Shown here: positions 62,601 through 64,000 of the stretch, in pieces
How the letters are laid out: each line of letters opens with the position of its first letter
Numbering within the stretch: the stretch's first letter is position 1
Assembly: GCA_965658725.1 (NCBI GenBank)
Contig: CBFHUI010000001.1
Location: forward strand, 16,567 to 80,566
DNA length: 64,000 bases
Reading direction: 5' to 3'
From: Alphaproteobacteria bacterium
GTDB taxonomy: Bacteria > Pseudomonadota > Alphaproteobacteria > UBA7985
Translations under genes and position numbers: made by a program
The notes under the pieces: generated by a model
Told to the model about the DNA's origin: nothing
Seen by the model: only the letters and a program-made list of their open reading frames with translations
Database searches by the model: none

Positions 62601-63156
62601 CTTTGGCCGCAAGCCCGAGGATGTGAGCGATCAGGATATCGCGGCTTACGTGCTGTATCCGAAAGTCTTCCTCGACTTCGCCAGCCACCGCCGCGACTTC
62701 GGCGATACCTCTCTGCTGCCCACGCCCGTGTTCTTCTACGGGCCGGAAGTTGGCGAAGAACTGTCGGTTGAGATTGACGCAGGCAAGCGTCTGATCATCC
62801 GCCTTCTCGCAGTCTCTGACCCGGATGCCAAGGGCCGCCGGACGGTGTTCTTTGAGCTCAACGGTCAACCCCGCAACGTCGTCGTTCAGGACGCCCACGC
62901 CGCAGCGGACAGCACGGCCCGCCCCGTCGCAACCGGCGCGCCGGGCGAAGTCGCTGCTCCGATGCCGGGCGCTATTGTGACCGTCAACGTCACGGTCGGT
63001 GATGAAGTCAAAAAAGGCGACGTCCTGCTCTCGCTCGAAGCCATGAAAATGGAAACCAGCGTCTACGCCGATCAGGATGGAAAAGTCGAAGAAGTCTTCA
63101 TCCGGGCCGGCGATCAGGTCGATGCCAAGGACTTGTTGCTCAAGTACGAAGCCTAA
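59695..63156 (+). CDS. pyc: pyruvate carboxylase
   Basis: Biotin carboxylase domain, carboxyltransferase TIM barrel (FHTHDTSG), and C-terminal biotinyl motif EAMKME. 1153 aa. Confidence 0.95.
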   Translation: MAPRPIRKLLVANRSEIAIRVFRGATELGIQTVAVYAHEDRFALHRFKADEAYEIGVGMEPIAAYLSVEEIIRVALLSGADAIHPGYGFLSESPELAAAAEEAGIIFVGPKTQTLIDLGDKVASRKLADAADVPTVPATDALPDGADAANEAGKRVGLPVMVKASWGGGGRGMRRVYDADKLADEVAAAKREAAAAFGKDDVYLEKLIERARHVEIQVFGDTHGNVTHLFERDCSVQRRNQKVVEMAPATWLDEDVRQGMCQAAVRLAKESGYQNAGTVEFLYDVNDGAFYFIEVNPRIQVEHTVTEEVTSVDIVKAQLLIAGGATLEEAGIPADEEARRPRGVAIQCRVTTEDPENAFVPDYGKIVAYRSPAGFGVRLDGGTAFAGAVVTPHYDSLLAKVTVTAPDRDQGIARMNRALAEFRIRGIKTNLPFLQRVIRHDDFRTGVLTTRFIDDTPELFHFPTRRDRASKLLRFLGEVVVNGNPEMEGRPAVARAPLQRLPLVDADTHNRETAKTVFDRDGADGLVSWIKAQDRLLVTDTTFRDAHQSLLATRMRTADLVAPMQAYENGLRGLFSLEVWGGATFDVAYRFLKEDPWKRLAQMREAAPSHLFQMLLRGSNAVGYTNYPDNVVKDFVNRAFDSGRGVDVFRVFDSLNWVENMRVAIDAVIDAGAICEATICYSGDLLNPAEDKYTLSYYVEMAKQFEAAGAHTLAIKDMAGVARPAAAAKLVETLKGEVGLPIHFHTHDTSGGQVASVLAASAAGVDIVDAAMDPLSGLTSQPNLGTIVESLRGLERDTGLPRDTLDKVAHYWEGARRHYAAFEADMRAGSSDVFEHAMPGGQYTNLRQQARSLGIEHRWPEVVKRYAEVNRLFGNIVKVTPSSKVVGDMALFMVSHNLTPEDVVDPDKEVAFPDSVVSFFRGDLGQPVGGLPEKLQTKVLRGEAPLSERPGASLPPVNFAKIRTELAETFGRKPEDVSDQDIAAYVLYPKVFLDFASHRRDFGDTSLLPTPVFFYGPEVGEELSVEIDAGKRLIIRLLAVSDPDAKGRRTVFFELNGQPRNVVVQDAHAAADSTARPVATGAPGEVAAPMPGAIVTVNVTVGDEVKKGDVLLSLEAMKMETSVYADQDGKVEEVFIRAGDQVDAKDLLLKYEA

Positions 63157-63187
63157 CGCCCTGCCGCGTCATTGCAGATCATTCCAG

Positions 63188-63221
63188 CCCGGCCAAGAGT
63201 CTCCTTTTGGCCGGGTTTTTC
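63188..63221 (+). terminator. rho-independent terminator after pyc
   Basis: CCCGGCCAA-(10 nt loop)-TTGGCCGGG followed by TTTTT. Confidence 0.65.
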
Positions 63222-63356
63222 TTAGGGGTACGCGCATGCACAAGGCACGCATGACTTTGCTTCACCGCAGAATCCGGCTAAACAGCGGGCTACTTTGGCG
63301 AGATGATCGTTGTGGGGTTTCCGCCGCCCCGTTCACAGCTGTAGAGCCCGTCTGAA

Positions 63357-64000
63357 TGGACCAACTCCGCATTGCGGTGGCGCAGATTAACCCCACGGCC
63401 GGGGACATTTCGCACAATCTCGACCTCCACATCGCCGCTTACGAAGAGGCCGCCGAAACCGCCGATCTGGTGGTTTTTGCTGAAGGCTCGCTGACTGGAT
63501 ACCCAATTGGCGATCTGGTGCTGCACGAGCAGTTCCTGAAAGATTGCCTGCGCGCAAACGACCGGCTTGTTGAACTGACCGAGGGCGAAGGCCGTCCCGG
63601 GATCCTGTTCGGTACGGTTGCGGTAGACGAAGAAATCGAACCGCCCTTCTATGCCTATGCCGCCAAGCACCGCCGGATGAAGGGCCAGACCTTCAACGCC
63701 GCACTGATGGCGGAAGGCGGCGAAGTCATCGGCAAGCGCTACAAGCGCTCTCTGCCCACCTTTGGCCCTTTTGACGAGGCGCGCTGGTTTGAGCCGGGGC
63801 CACTGCAAGGGCCGATCATGTTCCGCGGCGCGAAAATCGGCCTGCAAATCTGTGATGATGCTTGGCGTGAAGATGGCCCGGAAACGCTTGAGGAAACCGG
63901 GACTGACCTTCTGATCGCCCTAAACGCTTCGGGCTTCACCGCCGACATGATGGACCAGCGCCACGCGGCTATGTCGCGGCTGTCGCAGATCCACGGCTAC
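63357..64000 (+). CDS. nadE: glutamine-dependent NAD+ synthetase, N-terminal CN-hydrolase domain (3'-truncated by window edge)
   Basis: MDQLRIAVAQINPTAGDISHN matches the nitrilase-domain start of NadE. The frame stays open to the end of the window. Confidence 0.72.

Noticed and set aside
59576-62898. Continuation of the 1342-aa minus-strand ORF beyond sfsA, antisense to pyc
   Set aside because: Only the first about 235 aa (58870-59575) resemble SfsA. The remainder is an open antisense frame inside the pyc coding sequence, typical of high-GC DNA, with no motif content.
63290-63847. 185-aa minus-strand ORF
   Set aside because: Lies antisense to the clear nadE N-terminal CN-hydrolase domain that starts at 63357.

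Overview
This is a high-GC (roughly 60-65%), gene-dense chromosomal segment with alphaproteobacterial hallmarks; the closest thing to an undescribed system is a four-gene accessory cassette (50840-54405) sitting between rplL and rpoB, though its function is unknown. The alphaproteobacterial assignment rests on the dcw cluster order, the FtsZ C-terminal peptide 'IPAFLRRQ', the RpoB N-terminus '[16 protein letters not shown]', the BamD lipoprotein and an extended FtsQ. Almost everything is core housekeeping: (1) A complete division/cell-wall (dcw) run murE(partial)-murF-mraY-murD-ftsW-murG-murC-murB-ddl-ftsQ-ftsA-ftsZ spans 1-15179. It is followed by the conserved lpxC-bamD-recN-ligA block. (2) A mixed region (21.0-41.6 kb) holds prmA, uvrD, an AstE/AspA-family deacylase, a ClC/CBS chloride channel, a hotdog thioesterase, gor, an SRAP (YedK) peptidase, glmU, glmS, tsaC/sua5, an FAD-linked oxidase, an M23 lipoprotein peptidase, an orphan TAXI-like solute-binding protein, a TrmN6-like methyltransferase, a low-GC orphan ORF, msrA, lrp and a solitary LptF/G-family permease. 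(3) A long minus-strand run carries sfsA-map-radC-purB-rplJ-rplL-[4 accessory genes]-rpoB-rpoC, then pyc and the start of nadE on the plus strand. No CRISPR array, IS element, integrase, tRNA or rRNA was detected by eye. In the minus-strand run the near-universal rplKAJL-rpoBC organisation is disrupted: purB, not rplA, lies upstream of rplJ. Downstream of the strong rplL attenuator hairpin lie four accessory genes, ahead of a still-long rpoB leader: an MFS transporter, an HTH-containing 282-aa protein translationally coupled to a Tat-secreted repeat protein (GIGGTGIDA nonapeptides plus a His/Lys/Pro tail), and a DUF1801 protein. FtsZ also carries an exceptionally long disordered linker of about 330 aa. 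Many long ORFs in the six-frame track are antisense artefacts of the high GC and are rejected.
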